This document shows, piece by piece, positions 36,801 through 45,753 of a stretch of 54,725 nt of DNA (positions are counted from its first letter, which is position 1; each line of letters begins with the position of its first letter). This DNA is from Polyangiales bacterium. Its GTDB lineage: Bacteria; Myxococcota_A; Polyangia; Polyangiales; Polyangiaceae. Where the stretch lies: the NCBI GenBank assembly GCA_038230375.1, contig JBBRNJ010000062.1:1-54725 (forward strand). The letters are read 5' to 3'. A program made the position numbers and the translations under genes. Under the pieces are notes generated by a model, which searched no databases, was not told the DNA's origin, and was given only the letters and a program-made list of their open reading frames with translations.

Positions 36801-37450
36801 CGTCGCTCGGCTTCTACGTCTCGGGTCACCCGCTGCAGCGCTACCTCTCCGGTGCGACCGGACATCGGCTCGACGTCACGCCGTGCTCGGAGCTTGCGGC
36901 CCTCAAAGATTGGGCCGTCGTGAAGGTCGCGGGCGTCGTCGAGGGCTATCGCGAACGCATCTTCAAGGACGGTGGCGGCAAGGTCGCGTTCTTCGAGCTC
37001 GAGGATCTCAGCGGTCGCGTCGTCGCCAAGGTGCGCGGCAACAACATCGATCAGTTCGCGCCCATCCTCAGCTCCGGCGATCCAGTGCTCATCAGCGCGA
37101 AGGTCAGCTTCCCACGCAAGGACGAGGACGACGCGCCGGAGGACGACGGCCCGCGCGAGCCCACGCTCTTCGTGAACGAGGTCACTCGCCTGGTCGACGT
37201 CATCAAGGCGGGCTCGAAGGGACTCAGCATCAAGGTGCCCGCGGACCGCACCACCGCGGGCGATCTCGCGAAGCTCAAGGGCGTCATCAGCGAGGCGAAG
37301 GGGGAGACTCCCGTTACCCTTATTTTCACGCTCGATTCTGGCGCCGTGGCGACCATGCCGCTCGGGAAGAACCTGCGGGTGGAGGTGGGTGACTTGCTGC
37401 TCTCTGGCGTGGAGCGCATCTTTGGCTCGCAGGTCGCAGAGCTCTCGTAG
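33833..37450 (+). CDS. dnaE: DNA polymerase III alpha subunit
   Basis: HLHVHSQYS, GPGRGSGAGS, FERFLNPERVSMPDFDIDF, KFDFLGL and GYGFNKSH motifs; OB fold. Confidence 0.97.
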   Translation: MSAEFTHLHVHSQYSMLDSSLKVKSLPKQVLARGMNAVAVTDHGSMYGTISFYKAAKEAGVQPIIGAELEIAASGHGHHLPLLATSEEGYKNLVWLVSRGHVKPDPNAPLGSLAIPLSDIEGRAKGLIGMTGCMGGLVAQSILEQGVEEGGRTLGRLKEIFEPGTLYVELQDHGLPEQPVLNGILVDLAKRFELPLVATNDAHYAAKDDAEAHTYLSCIKSGRTYDEAKERHHGSHEMYLKTPDEMSKLFSAHPEAIKNTMAIAERTKVKLHLGEPMLPTFPVPAGYDAESYFRKVARDGLMARFSEFAAVNKTVDQEAYKARLEWELDVICKMKFPGYFLIVWDFIRYAKENGVPVGPGRGSGAGSLVAYAMRITDLDPIPYNLLFERFLNPERVSMPDFDIDFCMDKRDRVIQYVQEKYGHESVGQIATFAELKAKSVIKDVGRCIGMTPMESQQIASLIPQKTPAETYTIGESLELEPKLKARFETDEKTRELLVQAQKLEGLTRHAGKHAAGIVISEGPLWDHVPVFKDPKSGAYVTQYYKDDVEQAGLVKFDFLGLKTLTVLDIAVRLINMRPDIAGGNGATGGGGTGKKFDLDRIPMDDKQTFALLGSGETKGVFQLESTGMQQLFKDLRADCFEDIVAAVALYRPGPMGAGMHEDFVKRKNGRQAIASMHPMIDALLAPTYGVIVYQEQVMQITQVLAGYSLGGADLLRRAMGKKKPEEMAKQKTTFVEGALAKGVTQEDADHIFGLLEYFAGYGFNKSHSAAYALITYQTAYLKAHYPVELLCAIMTSDKDRIEKVVRTIADARVMGINVLPPDINESDLDFKVVYTHPQGGRKRKRSERVQDTLGPEIRFGLGAVRGLGEAALESLFEARREGGRYADLFDFASRVDSKKINRSVLEALVQCGAFDKSLAEHKVTRAQAFGSIDVALERSRSASRDREVGQTNLFGLLDAGKSAAGSTSSRGDYPLTEPWDSKEMLARERASLGFYVSGHPLQRYLSGATGHRLDVTPCSELAALKDWAVVKVAGVVEGYRERIFKDGGGKVAFFELEDLSGRVVAKVRGNNIDQFAPILSSGDPVLISAKVSFPRKDEDDAPEDDGPREPTLFVNEVTRLVDVIKAGSKGLSIKVPADRTTAGDLAKLKGVISEAKGETPVTLIFTLDSGAVATMPLGKNLRVEVGDLLLSGVERIFGSQVAELS

Positions 37451-37486
37451 GCGTGACGCGGACTGCGCTGGTGTGCTCGGCGAGCG

Positions 37487-38434
37487 TCAGGGCAGCAGCT
37501 TCGGCAGCTCTGCGGCGACCTTCGCGCGGTCTTCTTCGTGTTTGAGGAGCAGGCCTAGCGTCTCGTTGGCGGTCTTTGCGTCCAGCGTTCCTCTTGCGAG
37601 GAGCACAAGTGCTCGGGCCCAGTCGATGGACTCCGCGATCGAGGGGAGCTTCTCCAGCGGCATCGCGCGGATCTTTGTCACGAGCTCTGCGATGCGGGTC
37701 GCGAGCGCGTGATCCAGGCCGGGGACTCGTAGCTCGAGGATCGCGATCTCGCGGGAGGGCTCGGGGTAGTCCATGAAGAGGTGCAGGCAGCGACGGCGCA
37801 GCGCGTCTGTCATGTCGCGCGTGCCGTTCGTGGTGAGGATCACCAGCGGTGGCTCGGTGGCCTTGAAGGTGCCAAGCTCCGGGATCGTGATCTGATTCTC
37901 TGCGAGCAGCTCCAGGAGCAGTGCCTCCAGCTCGGGATCGCCGCGGTCCACTTCGTCCACGAGGAGCACGACGGGGTGGGCGCTGGTGATCGCATGGAAG
38001 AGCGGGCGAGCGATCAGGAACTCACGGCTGAAGAACGCGGGGCTCGCGGCGGAGAGCATCTTCGCGGCCTCCATGAGATCCTTCGCGCCCGCGGTCGCCT
38101 TCGAGGCGGTGTCGCGGAGCAGCTGCGAGAAGAGGAGCTGCTTGCCATAGTCCCATTCGTAGAGCGCCTTCGACTCGTCGAGACCCTCGTAGCACTGCAG
38201 CCGAACGAGCGGCCGACCGAGCGTCTCCGCGGCAGCGCGCGCGAGGTCGGTCTTGCCAACACCTGCGGGACCCTCCACGAGCACGGGCCGTTCGAGCTGC
38301 AAAGCAAGCCACAGCGTGAGCGCCGCGCGCTCGTCGGCGAGGTACGTGCGGGACATCGCGGCCGCCAGATCGGACGCGTGCGGCCACTTCGATAACCGCA
38401 AATTGCCCTGTTTTTCGGCGGAATCCGCGCTCAC
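37487..38434 (-). CDS. CoxD-like MoxR AAA+ ATPase
   Basis: EGPAGVGKT, RLQCYEGLDESKALYEWDY, LLVDEVD and DALRRRC motifs. Confidence 0.88.
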   Translation of the reverse strand: MSADSAEKQGNLRLSKWPHASDLAAAMSRTYLADERAALTLWLALQLERPVLVEGPAGVGKTDLARAAAETLGRPLVRLQCYEGLDESKALYEWDYGKQLLFSQLLRDTASKATAGAKDLMEAAKMLSAASPAFFSREFLIARPLFHAITSAHPVVLLVDEVDRGDPELEALLLELLAENQITIPELGTFKATEPPLVILTTNGTRDMTDALRRRCLHLFMDYPEPSREIAILELRVPGLDHALATRIAELVTKIRAMPLEKLPSIAESIDWARALVLLARGTLDAKTANETLGLLLKHEEDRAKVAAELPKLLP

Positions 38435-38495
38435 CCGACCATCGTAAGCGAGGAAGCGCCATTTTGTGCGGTTCTCGGGTATTAATTGAGGTGGC

Positions 38496-39797
38496 ATGGC
38501 GGAGCGCGACGATCTCTTGCGGGTAGACCAGACGGGTACCGTGCACCCGGTCGGTCGAACGGCAAGCCAGCAGCTCCGCGCCCGCGCGGGAGAGTGGCGC
38601 CTGCTACCAAGCCCGCGGGATCTGCTCCTCTTTCGCAAGGCAACTGGCGGCGCGGTGCTCAAGCTCGCCGGGGAGATCTTCACGCCCGGCGCGCTCTGCG
38701 ACGTCGTCGCGTTGGTCGCGCAGTCGAACTGGAAGGGTGAGCTCATCGTCCTGGGCGAGGCCGGGACCCGAACGGTGTTCTTCGAGCAGGGCAACGTCAT
38801 CGGCGCCGCCACGAACGTCCCGGAGGAGCGCCTGGGCGAGATGCTCTACCAGTTCGGCGTGATCACGCGCGAGCAGCTCGAGACGATCGTGCAGACCAGC
38901 GCTACGTCCGGAAAACGCCTCGGCGAGTCCGCCATCGAGCTCGGCTTCGTCTCCGCGGAGGAGATGTACCCGATGATGGCCAAGCAGGTGGAGGCCGTCT
39001 TCTACGCAGCGCTGCGCGTCGGTGACGGCACATTCTTCTTCTTCGATCGCTTCGACGAGAAAGCGATCGGCCGGCGTCACAACCTGAACGCGGCCGGGCT
39101 CCTGATGGAGGGTGCGCGCCGCATGGACGAGATGCAGTTCTTCCGGGAGAAGATCCCGAGCGAGCACATCGTTCCCGTGCCGACTGCAAGCGGCAAGAAG
39201 GTCCCCGAGGAGCTGCAGGCCGTCTTCGCGCAGTGCGACGGCAAGCGCTCGATCGCGGATATCGGGCGCCGCATCGGCGAGCTGGAGTTCGAGGTCACGA
39301 AGGCGGTCTTCCAGCTCCTCAACGCTGGCCTCGTGCTGGCGAAGACGCCACGTCCCGAGGGGGCCGAGGCGATCGTGGAGGCGTTCAATGCGCCGATCAT
39401 GCTCATGCACCAGACCTGCGACAGCGCGGGCAAGGGGAGCGAGCTACGCGACGGCCTGTCACGCTTCGCCACGGGCGGCGGCATCTACGATCCGCTCTTC
39501 ATGGCGGCCGGTCCAAATCAGCAGGACGGAACGTTCAAGCCGGAGCGCGTCGCGAGCAACATCGCCGCGCTCGCGGGCGACGATCCCGACTCGTGGATCA
39601 CGCAGCTGATGATGGACTACGTTGGCTTCGGGCTCTTCCATTCCGAGTCGCTCCTTGGTCGCGAGGCTCACCAGCGGCTCATGGAGGCGGTGTCCCTGAT
39701 GCTGAAGCCGCTCCAGAACAGCGGGGCGCCGAGCGGCGTCGAACCATCCGGGCCAGCCTCGTCGATCGCTCCACCCGCCGCGAGGGCTTTGCCATGA
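38496..39797 (+). CDS. DUF4388 (PatA_N-like) domain protein
   Basis: GELIV...VFFEQGNVIGA..N..EERLGEML, KRLGE and LLMEGARRMDE motifs, followed by a winged-helix-like segment; GAGG RBS. Confidence 0.8.
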   Translation: MAERDDLLRVDQTGTVHPVGRTASQQLRARAGEWRLLPSPRDLLLFRKATGGAVLKLAGEIFTPGALCDVVALVAQSNWKGELIVLGEAGTRTVFFEQGNVIGAATNVPEERLGEMLYQFGVITREQLETIVQTSATSGKRLGESAIELGFVSAEEMYPMMAKQVEAVFYAALRVGDGTFFFFDRFDEKAIGRRHNLNAAGLLMEGARRMDEMQFFREKIPSEHIVPVPTASGKKVPEELQAVFAQCDGKRSIADIGRRIGELEFEVTKAVFQLLNAGLVLAKTPRPEGAEAIVEAFNAPIMLMHQTCDSAGKGSELRDGLSRFATGGGIYDPLFMAAGPNQQDGTFKPERVASNIAALAGDDPDSWITQLMMDYVGFGLFHSESLLGREAHQRLMEAVSLMLKPLQNSGAPSGVEPSGPASSIAPPAARALP

Positions 39798-40474
39798 ACG
39801 AACCCGACGCCCCCGACTCTGCACGACCAGTCGAGCGCGCCCTTCGTCCACGCACCGGCACGCGACGCGAGGAGATCCTCTTCGTCGCCACCAAGCTCTT
39901 CTCCGACCGCGGCTACGACGGCGCCAGCATGGAGACGCTCGCGAAGAACGTCGGCCTGCGCAAGGCGTCCCTCTTCCACCACTTCCCGAGCAAGGATGCG
40001 CTCTACGCGGAGGTGCTCGGCTCGCTCCTCGCCGACGTGGGCTCCATGCTGGACAAGGCCGTCATCACGGAGGCGCCGTACCTGGACCGGCTCGCAGCGT
40101 TCGCCGAGTCCATCGTCGATGCATTCGGCAAGCGCCCCCATGCGGGCAAGCTGCTGTTTCGCGAGGCCATGGACCAGGGGCCGGTCATGCAGAAGTGGCT
40201 GGGCAATGCGATCGCGGATCTCCTCGCGCGCGGCCTCGCGATCACGGAAGAGGGGAAGCGGCGCGGCCACTTCGCCGGAATGGACGCGAAGAACATCATC
40301 GTGTCCATGATCGGCATCTACATCGTCCCGTACGCGGTCAACAACGTCATCGACGCCTTCGACAGCGGCCACGAGAACGCGGAGAGCAAGCTCGCGCTGC
40401 GAAAGAAGGCCGTGCGCGCTCAGATCTTGGCGTTGGCAGGTGCGGGCGCAGGCGCAGGCGCAGGCGCGCCGTGA
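39794..40474 (+). CDS. TetR/AcrR family regulator
   Basis: ILFVATKLFSDRGYDGAS...SLFHHFPSKDALY; ATGA overlap with the upstream gene. Confidence 0.88.
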   Translation: MNEPDAPDSARPVERALRPRTGTRREEILFVATKLFSDRGYDGASMETLAKNVGLRKASLFHHFPSKDALYAEVLGSLLADVGSMLDKAVITEAPYLDRLAAFAESIVDAFGKRPHAGKLLFREAMDQGPVMQKWLGNAIADLLARGLAITEEGKRRGHFAGMDAKNIIVSMIGIYIVPYAVNNVIDAFDSGHENAESKLALRKKAVRAQILALAGAGAGAGAGAP

Positions 40475-41220
40475 CGTCCTTCGCCTGACGCGAAGCGCGC
40501 TGCGCCGTCGAACCCTTCGCCGCTCATCAGGCTCGCCATTCCGAGCGCGAACTCGCGCTTCATGGCCGCATCCAGGGGGACTCCGTAGCTCTCGTACGCG
40601 CTCGTGCGGTCGGAGCGCATGCACGTCTGCGGGAGCGCCGCGATCTCTGCGGCGAGTGATTCGGCAGCGGCGCGGGCCTGTCCGTCGGGGACGACGCGGT
40701 TCACGAGGCCCATCGCCAGCGCCTCCGCGGCGCCCACGGCCCGGCCTGTCAGGATCAGATCCATCGCGCGCGACAGACCGATGAGCCGCGGCAAGCGCAC
40801 GGTTCCGCCGTCGATGAGGGGTACGCCCCAACGCCTGCAGAATACACCCAATGTCGCGCTCTCCTCGCACACGCGGAGATCGCACATCACGGCCAGCTCG
40901 AGCCCGCCAGCCACAGCGAAGCCGCTGATGGCCGCGATCACCGGCTTCGTGAACGCCATGCGCGATGGGCCCATCGGTCCGTCGCCGTCCTCGGCGAGAT
41001 GGTTTCGGTCGGGCGTGGCCATGGCCTTGAGGTCGGCGCCCGCGCAGAAGGTGCCGCCGTCGCCGAAGAGCACCGCGACGTTTGCGGTCGCATCGGCCTC
41101 GAACTCGCGGAAGGCGCGAACGAGAGCCTCCGCAGTGGGACCGTCCACGGCGTTCTTTCGCCCTGGCCGGTGAAGGACGATGGTGGTCACGGCGCCATTC
41201 TTGTGTGTGGTGATGCTCAC
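40420..41220 (-). CDS. enoyl-CoA hydratase/isomerase
   Basis: FCAGADL, AVAGGLELA..CD and RRWGVPLIDGGTVRLPRLIG motifs. Confidence 0.9.
   Translation of the reverse strand: MSITTHKNGAVTTIVLHRPGRKNAVDGPTAEALVRAFREFEADATANVAVLFGDGGTFCAGADLKAMATPDRNHLAEDGDGPMGPSRMAFTKPVIAAISGFAVAGGLELAVMCDLRVCEESATLGVFCRRWGVPLIDGGTVRLPRLIGLSRAMDLILTGRAVGAAEALAMGLVNRVVPDGQARAAAESLAAEIAALPQTCMRSDRTSAYESYGVPLDAAMKREFALGMASLMSGEGFDGAARFASGEGRHGAPAPAPAPAPANAKI
40436..40465 (+). repeat. (GCAGGC)n hexamer repeat in the overlap of convergent genes
   Basis: gcaggt gcgggc gcaggc gcaggc gcaggc, read as AGAGAG in tetR and PAPAPA in the crotonase. Confidence 0.85.
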
Positions 41221-41270
41221 GACCCGAGATGGTAGAAGAGGGCGAGATGCCATCGCAAGGCACAGAACGC

Positions 41271-42116
41271 ATGGCGGACGCAGAGCGCGTGGCGGCGTTC
41301 GTGCTCTCGCACACCGTTGCGGCGGCGGGGCCACGGGCGATGCAGAGCAGGCGTTTGCGGCCGCCGCTCGCGGGTGAGCTGCCGCCGTCACTGGCGACGT
41401 TCGCGATGCGGCACGTGCTCAAGGTGCCTTCGGACGCGGAGCGAGGGATCTTCGGGCTCGCGGCTGGAACCCACGCAGCGAGCGTGCTGGATCACGCGGT
41501 GACGCCGGAGGGCTTGCTCGCGGAGCAGGCGAGGGGCCGTCGCGTCGTGTCGCTCTTGCCGCCCGGAAGCGACACCGGAATGCACGAGAACGAACTTGCA
41601 TTCGCAGTTCACGATCTCTGTCATCTCGACAAATTCCAGGTGAATCACGCCGGCCAGGTCGGCTTCTTCGACACCATGCATCGCGCCGAAGTGCTCGCAT
41701 TCCGGATGCCACACCTGGACGAACCCTGTCGCGCAAATGCCCTCGACGCGGCGTGGCGGGCGGACGTCGTGGCGGTCACGTGCGACATGAACGGCTCTCC
41801 GATCTTCCTGCTTGCTGCACTGAAGATGCGACTGAAGATGGCGGTGCGCAGAGTGCTTGCCAACGCCGCGGGCCGCCCACCAAACACGGGAGGCGCGCTG
41901 ACGGCGGAAGAAGAAGCCGCGTACGAGCCCATCCTCGAAGAGCTACTCGATCGCTGCGAGCTCACGGGCACGGCGCGCGAAGCAGCACGAGACATCACCG
42001 CGAGGCGACAAGGGATGGAGAACGCGCAGATCTTCCTGGACGAGATGGAGCGAAGGGGAACTCTCCTACAGGCGAGACGGGACGAGCGGGGGCTCAGTGC
42101 TCGGCGAGACCCGTGA
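41271..42116 (+). CDS. hypothetical protein with an HDxxH motif
   Basis: Long ORF divergent from the crotonase; FAVHDLCHLDKF...GQVGFF segment. Confidence 0.6.
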   Translation: MADAERVAAFVLSHTVAAAGPRAMQSRRLRPPLAGELPPSLATFAMRHVLKVPSDAERGIFGLAAGTHAASVLDHAVTPEGLLAEQARGRRVVSLLPPGSDTGMHENELAFAVHDLCHLDKFQVNHAGQVGFFDTMHRAEVLAFRMPHLDEPCRANALDAAWRADVVAVTCDMNGSPIFLLAALKMRLKMAVRRVLANAAGRPPNTGGALTAEEEAAYEPILEELLDRCELTGTAREAARDITARRQGMENAQIFLDEMERRGTLLQARRDERGLSARRDP

Positions 42117-43341
42117 GCTTCTTGCCTCTCGTCTCGGGCAGCGTGAATACCCAGGTCCCGGTCGCGATCGCCAGACACAGCGGCACCGATAGTCCGCCTC
42201 GCAGCCCATCACTGTCCACCATGTACCCGACCAGCACCGGGGCGCCCAGCTGCACCGCGCGCGCAAGGTTGTAGGTTGCACCCATCGCCACGCCACGTAT
42301 CTCGTTCGGGTATAGCTCCGCGAGCAGCGCGCCGAAGCCCGCCGTGCATCCCGAGCCGAACCCGAGCAGCAGCATCGCCGCCCAGAACCAGACGCCATGC
42401 ATGGTCAGCCACTGCCACCTGAACGCCAGCGCCGCCAGCGCCACGGCTGTGAAGAACGAGAACATGGAGAATGCTGGCCGTCGCCCCACCTTGTCTGCGA
42501 CCTGCCCGAACACGATCATCCCGAGGAACTGACCCGCCTGCGCCGTGAGCACCCACGTCACGCTCTTGCCCGTGGATTGGTGCATCTGCTCCTTCAGGAA
42601 CGTCGGCAGCCACGTGTAGCAAGTCCAGTACGTGCCCAGCTTGAACACGCCGAGCAGCCACGCGCGCAGGAAGCGCGAGCCGATCTTCGCGCGAAGGAGC
42701 GCAGCGAAGCTCACGGTCTCATGCGCAGGTTGCGGCGGGAGGTGCATGTGCTTGCGAACGTAGAGCGCGAGCAACCCGGTCACGGACGAGCCGACCATGA
42801 CCACGCGCCACCCCACGAGCGGCATGATCAAGAAGCCGGCGATGGCGGCTAGCGCAACGCCGACGGGCTCGCCGGCCTGGAGCGCCGCGGAAGCGCGACC
42901 ACGAATACGCGAGGAAACAGCCTCCGCAAGCATGCCGTGGCCGATCGCCCACTCGCCGCCGACGCCAAGCCCCACGAGCGCCCGTCCGAGGATGAAGACC
43001 CACGCATTGGGAGCCAGGCCGCACACGAGCGAGCCCACCGAGTAGAGGACGATCGTGACGGAGAGGACGCTCCGCTTGTCGAACTTGTCAGCGAAGCGCC
43101 CGCTGACGATGCCGCCCACGCCGCTGGTCGCCAGCGCCACGCCGAGCATCCAGCGATCCTGCGCGTGCCCCAGCGACAGATCTTTCGCCACGTGCTCGCG
43201 CACGAAGCCGAGCAGCACCAGATCGTAGAAGTCGAACGTCCAGCCGAAGAAGACGAAGAAGAACAGCCGGAGCGGGAAGGGGCGCGCGTCGTCGGTCGCT
43301 CCCTGCTGCTCTCCAGAAACGCCCCCCTCACCAGCGGCCAC
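42094..43341 (-). CDS. MFS transporter
   Basis: FDFYD, GRFADKFDKR, GLGVGGEW, ADKVGRRP, ELYPNEIRG and LPETRG motifs. Confidence 0.9.
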   Translation of the reverse strand: MAAGEGGVSGEQQGATDDARPFPLRLFFFVFFGWTFDFYDLVLLGFVREHVAKDLSLGHAQDRWMLGVALATSGVGGIVSGRFADKFDKRSVLSVTIVLYSVGSLVCGLAPNAWVFILGRALVGLGVGGEWAIGHGMLAEAVSSRIRGRASAALQAGEPVGVALAAIAGFLIMPLVGWRVVMVGSSVTGLLALYVRKHMHLPPQPAHETVSFAALLRAKIGSRFLRAWLLGVFKLGTYWTCYTWLPTFLKEQMHQSTGKSVTWVLTAQAGQFLGMIVFGQVADKVGRRPAFSMFSFFTAVALAALAFRWQWLTMHGVWFWAAMLLLGFGSGCTAGFGALLAELYPNEIRGVAMGATYNLARAVQLGAPVLVGYMVDSDGLRGGLSVPLCLAIATGTWVFTLPETRGKKLTGLAEH

Positions 43342-43342
43342 G

Positions 43343-44086
43343 TCAGCGCTTTCGCTCGTACAGGGCGAGTGCCGCGGCAACGGAGGCGTTCAGCGAGTCG
43401 ATGCGTCCGCTCATGGGCAGCCGCGCGAGCTTCGTGCAGGCGCGCTTCACGACCTTGCGTAGGCCCTTGCCCTCTGCACCCACGACGATCACGGTGGGCT
43501 TGTCGCCGATCTCCGCGAAGGCATCCTTCAGCGTCTGATCTGCGTTCGCGTCCAGGCCGACGATCTCCGCGCCGCGCGCGGCCAGCGCCTCCAGCGCACG
43601 CGGAAGCGCGTCCACACGGCAGAGCGCCGCATGCTCCACCGCGCCAGCGGACGCGCGGAACATGGCCGGCGACAGCGGTGCGGCGTGGTTCTCCGGGAAG
43701 ATCACCGCGGACGCACCCAGCGCAACGGCCGAGCGCACGATGGCGCCGAAGTTCTGCGGGTCCTCGATCTCGTCGAGTGCGATCGCGCAGCTGGGATCGA
43801 CGTCCGCAAGGTCCAGCAGCATGACGCGCGGACAGTACGCAACGACACCCTGGTGCCTGCCGTTCTTCGTCGCCCGGTCGAGCGTGCCGCGGTCGACCGT
43901 CTCCACCTTGATGCCGCGGTCGTGGGCGAAGCGGGCGACCGCCGCAAGGGTCGGGGAGTCGCTCTTCTCCACCAGGACACGGCTCACCTTCTCGCCGTGT
44001 GCGCGGATGGCCTCGCGCACCGGCTGAAGACCGATCACGAGGCGTTCGCGCGGGGTGAATTCCACCTGTTCGGGAGCCGTCGTCAT
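43343..44086 (-). CDS. rlmB: TrmH/SpoU rRNA methyltransferase (RlmB-like)
   Basis: HQGV, EDPQNFGAIVRSA, GAEGKG and SLNASVA motifs. Confidence 0.88.
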   Translation of the reverse strand: MTTAPEQVEFTPRERLVIGLQPVREAIRAHGEKVSRVLVEKSDSPTLAAVARFAHDRGIKVETVDRGTLDRATKNGRHQGVVAYCPRVMLLDLADVDPSCAIALDEIEDPQNFGAIVRSAVALGASAVIFPENHAAPLSPAMFRASAGAVEHAALCRVDALPRALEALAARGAEIVGLDANADQTLKDAFAEIGDKPTVIVVGAEGKGLRKVVKRACTKLARLPMSGRIDSLNASVAAALALYERKR

Positions 44087-44802
44087 GTTCGTGCACCCTC
44101 CCTTATTTCGTCCGAGAGGCCAAGCACCATCGCGCGCGGATCCGCCGCATCTCGGATGGGGCGGCCGACGACCAGCATATTTGCGCCTTCGCCCATGGCG
44201 CGCGCTGCCGTCATCACGCGCTTCTGGTCGCCGCTCTGCGCATGGGTCGCGGGGCGGATGCCGGGCGTGATCAGGACCGCGTCGGGGCCAAGAGCTGCAC
44301 GGAGCGCCGAGGCCTCGTGCGGGGAGCACACGAAATGCGTGATCCCCGAGTCCGCGGCCATCCGTGCAAGCCGGATCGCGGCGTCCTTCGGCGGCTCCCC
44401 AAAGCCGATCTTCGTCAGGTCGTTCGCGTCGAGCGACGTCAGCACCGTCACCGCCACGATGTCCGTCTGCCCGCCCTCGCTCTTCGCGCGTGCGACTGCG
44501 CGCGACAGCATCGCAGGACCGCCGCTGGCGTGGACGGTGAGCAGCCGCGCGCCCATCCCGCACACGCGGGCCACGGCGCGCTCCACGGTCTCCGGAATGT
44601 CATGCAGCTTCAGGTCGAGGAAGATCGGAACGCCCAGCTCGCGCCCGAGGCGCAGCGATGCGTCGCCTTCCGCAACAAAAAGCTCGAGCCCGACCTTCAA
44701 CATGGCGACCAGGTCCGCCACCTTCTCGGTGACAGGACGTGCGGCCTCCACAGTCGGGAAATCGAGCGCGAATGCGATCGGAGCTCTGGTTCCTACAGGC
44801 AC
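44083..44802 (-). CDS. pyrF: orotidine-5'-phosphate decarboxylase
   Basis: ALD, KVGLEL, DLKLHDIPETV, VTVLTS, TPGIR, DQKR and VVGRPI motifs. Confidence 0.95.
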   Translation of the reverse strand: MPVGTRAPIAFALDFPTVEAARPVTEKVADLVAMLKVGLELFVAEGDASLRLGRELGVPIFLDLKLHDIPETVERAVARVCGMGARLLTVHASGGPAMLSRAVARAKSEGGQTDIVAVTVLTSLDANDLTKIGFGEPPKDAAIRLARMAADSGITHFVCSPHEASALRAALGPDAVLITPGIRPATHAQSGDQKRVMTAARAMGEGANMLVVGRPIRDAADPRAMVLGLSDEIREGART

Positions 44803-45581
44803 GAGCAGAGCGGGTCGCCCGCCTGGCAGGTGCACGCCGGACGCGGCTTGGTCGGCTGTCCGCCGCCGCCACCGCCGCCACGACCACCGCCACCGCCACC
44901 GCGCTGGATGGTCGCGAGTTGTTCCTTCGCGACCTGCTGCGCCTTCTGGGCGTCAGCGAGGCGTTGCTGCGCCGCTGCGCGGTCTGCGTCGCTCTTGGCG
45001 TTCGAGACGGCGGAGGTCAGCTGATCGACCTGGTCGCTCTGCGCCTTGAGATCGGACATGAGCTTGTCCACCTGCGCCCGCTGCTGCGCGATCTCCTGGT
45101 CCTTTGCGGCCTGGATGGCAGTGGCCTTGTCGTTGTTGATCTTGAACGCAACGCCAGCGCCGATCGCGCCAAGGAACAGGATAGCGCCGACGCCAACGGC
45201 GATGAGCATCGCCTTCTTCTTGCCGGAGCCTTCCTTGATGCGAACGAGCTGGGCTTCGTGCTCCTGCTGGCGGCGCATGGCCTCCATACGGGCGGCGTTC
45301 TCTGCGTCGAGGCGAGCGCGCTCGACCTCGGCGTGGCGGATCGCGTCCACGCGTGCTTGCTCCTCGCGCGTGCGCTGCTCGTCGGTTCGACGGCGCTCTT
45401 CCTCGGCGCGGCGACGGCCTTCCTCGACGTCTAGTGCGCGACGCTGCTCGTCGAGGCGCGCCTGCTGCTCGGCGAGTGCCGAACGCTGACGATCGTCCTC
45501 TTCTTGCTTGGTGCGTTCATCCTCGAGGTTCTGGAGCTCCTTGAGTGAGAAGAGAACCGAGCTTTCTTTCTGTTCCGCCAT
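44793..45581 (-). CDS. coiled-coil single-TM protein with a Gly linker and Cys-rich C-terminal tip
   Basis: ESSVLFSLKEL N-terminus, E/R coil, TM, Q/A coil, Gly linker, CTCQAGDPLCSCL end. Confidence 0.75.
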   Translation of the reverse strand: MAEQKESSVLFSLKELQNLEDERTKQEEDDRQRSALAEQQARLDEQRRALDVEEGRRRAEEERRRTDEQRTREEQARVDAIRHAEVERARLDAENAARMEAMRRQQEHEAQLVRIKEGSGKKKAMLIAVGVGAILFLGAIGAGVAFKINNDKATAIQAAKDQEIAQQRAQVDKLMSDLKAQSDQVDQLTSAVSNAKSDADRAAAQQRLADAQKAQQVAKEQLATIQRGGGGGGRGGGGGGGQPTKPRPACTCQAGDPLCSCL

Positions 45582-45753
45582 GTGCACTATCTCGCTCGAA
45601 TTGCGCTGTCTTTTTCGGAGTCGCGGGGCGAAGTGATGTGGTCACTCCCCATACTGAACGTTACTCGTCCTCTTGCCCGATCGCAACCGGGACTGCGCGG
45701 GCAGGTCCGGCTTGATACAGCCCCCACCGGTCGAGTACCGTGCGGCCCACCCC

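Noticed and set aside
33833..37450. Intein in dnaE
   Set aside because: Length of 1205 aa is normal, and there are no C...HN splice motifs or endonuclease insert.
45631..45645. AGTGA-N5-TCACT as a CRP/FNR-type site
   Set aside because: The spacer is 5 nt, not 6, and the palindrome is short enough to be chance.
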